Positions 62,806-64,000 of a DNA stretch of 64,000 bases are shown here, in pieces (position 1 is the first letter of the stretch; each line of letters opens with the position of its first letter). The notes below the pieces were generated by a model. It saw only the letters and a list, made by a program, of their open reading frames with translations, searched no databases and was not told the DNA's origin. The stretch is taken from positions 1,116,001 through 1,180,000 of the forward strand of contig JAWMAR010000007.1 in the NCBI GenBank assembly GCA_036785375.1. The letters run 5' to 3'. Made by a program: the position numbers and the translations under genes. Source of the DNA: Leucoraja ocellata (taxonomy: Eukaryota).

Positions 62806-63713
62806 GAGAGTTAGATTTAGCTCTTAGGGCTAAGGGAATCGAGGGATATGGGGTAAAAGCCAGAAAGGGATACTGATTTTGGATGATCAGCCATGATCAT
62901 ATTGAATTACAGTGCTGGTTCGAAGGGCTGAATGGCCTACTCCTGCACCTATTTTCTATGTTTCCGTGTTCATAACCCCAATGGCACATGTATAGCTCAC
63001 ACAGCCAGCAATGAACTATTTTGCTTGATACAAAAACTACTCGGGGGATGAAAAATGTGCAATCAAACTTCTGGGGTTAATAACGTTTAATATATTGAGC
63101 TTCTTGGCATCCAGGAAGAATGCTAATGGGAATTAATTAGCACTAACCCACAATTACATATAGTAGTTATCTATAAGGTCATAAGGGATAGGAGTAGAAT
63201 CAGGCCATTCGGCCCTTCAAGTCTACTCTGCCTTTCAATCCAGGCTGATCTATCTCTTCCTCCTAACCCCATTCTCCTACCTTCTCCCCATAGCCTCCGA
63301 CACCCGTATTAATCAAGGACCTATCCATCTCTGCCTTAAATATATCCACTGATTGGCCTCCCCAGCCTTTTGTAAATTAATCTATAAATTTCTGTCTACC
63401 CACGCCACTAGAAATTTAGTCTAACCTCACCACTGTTTGACAATTCAAATCTTGCTATTTTGGTACATGCCTCGCAACATTTTTGACAGTCATTTTATAA
63501 ATCAGTTAATTTTAATTTACCAGGAAGCAATTTCTCTCTTACAGCTTACATTGAAAATTGTGGTAGGACTTCCTATGAGATTTGCAAATAATATGGTCTG
63601 CATTAAGCTATCAGTTGTTGTAATGAGTTGGTAATTACTTTCTAAATTTGCTATGGAAGCTTCTTAAATTAATGACATCTCTGCTACTGAGGAAGTACAT
63701 TGGTGTAAGTTTC
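62806..63713 (-). repeat. Right arm of inverted duplication (partner 49476-50427)
   Basis: For example cataaccccaatggcacatgtatagctcacacagccagcaatg is the reverse complement of ~50221-50263. Confidence 0.9.
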
Positions 63714-64000
63714 AATACGACTGACAACACTGAAGAATTTGTTACTGTAAAGTTGCTTGGTGCTATCGATTTAAATTTTCGAATTTGGCTCACATAACTC
63801 ATTGGCCAGTTTTGCATCAACTTGTAAACCTCACGCCGATGGGCCCGGAATGGCTTTTTGCAGGAAAAACTGTAGTCCAGTTGTAGTCCCACCTGGACTG
63901 AAATGCCATTTTGGAGCAGAATGAAGGAAGTTTTATTCTGCAAGACATTCATGAGAATGCATGGTTCTGCATGATGCAAAATTTGGAAACATATAATTTG

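Overview
Eukaryotic vertebrate DNA, almost certainly a cartilaginous fish (skate/ray-like), inferred from abundant HE1-type V-SINEs, HER1/CR1 LINEs and a DeuSINE. The window is the intron-rich interior of one + strand gene that I recognise as ARHGEF28 (RGNEF/p190RhoGEF). Seven phase-compatible internal coding exons (3539-3615, 7009-7078, 37910-38037, 40080-40444, 52812-53019, 57958-58072, 59844-59918/59921) and an internal alternative first coding exon (25027-25111) can be read directly. Nearly all listed ORFs are spurious or are TE fragments. The introns hold CR1, Rex/Babar, L2, L1-type and Penelope retroelements, SINEs, Tc1, hAT and PIF/Harbinger elements, an 8-bp-TSD TIR element and two non-autonomous Helitrons. 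Most notable: (i) a family of short Penelope-derived elements carrying minimal hammerhead ribozyme motifs, occurring as TSD-flanked fold-back units and as tandem retrozyme-like units; (ii) a ~0.9-kb local inverted duplication bracketing three exons, a circRNA/dsRNA candidate; (iii) a composite Helitron with two 5' ends; (iv) a conserved short alternative N-terminus. Homology calls come from my recollection of family motifs; no search was run.
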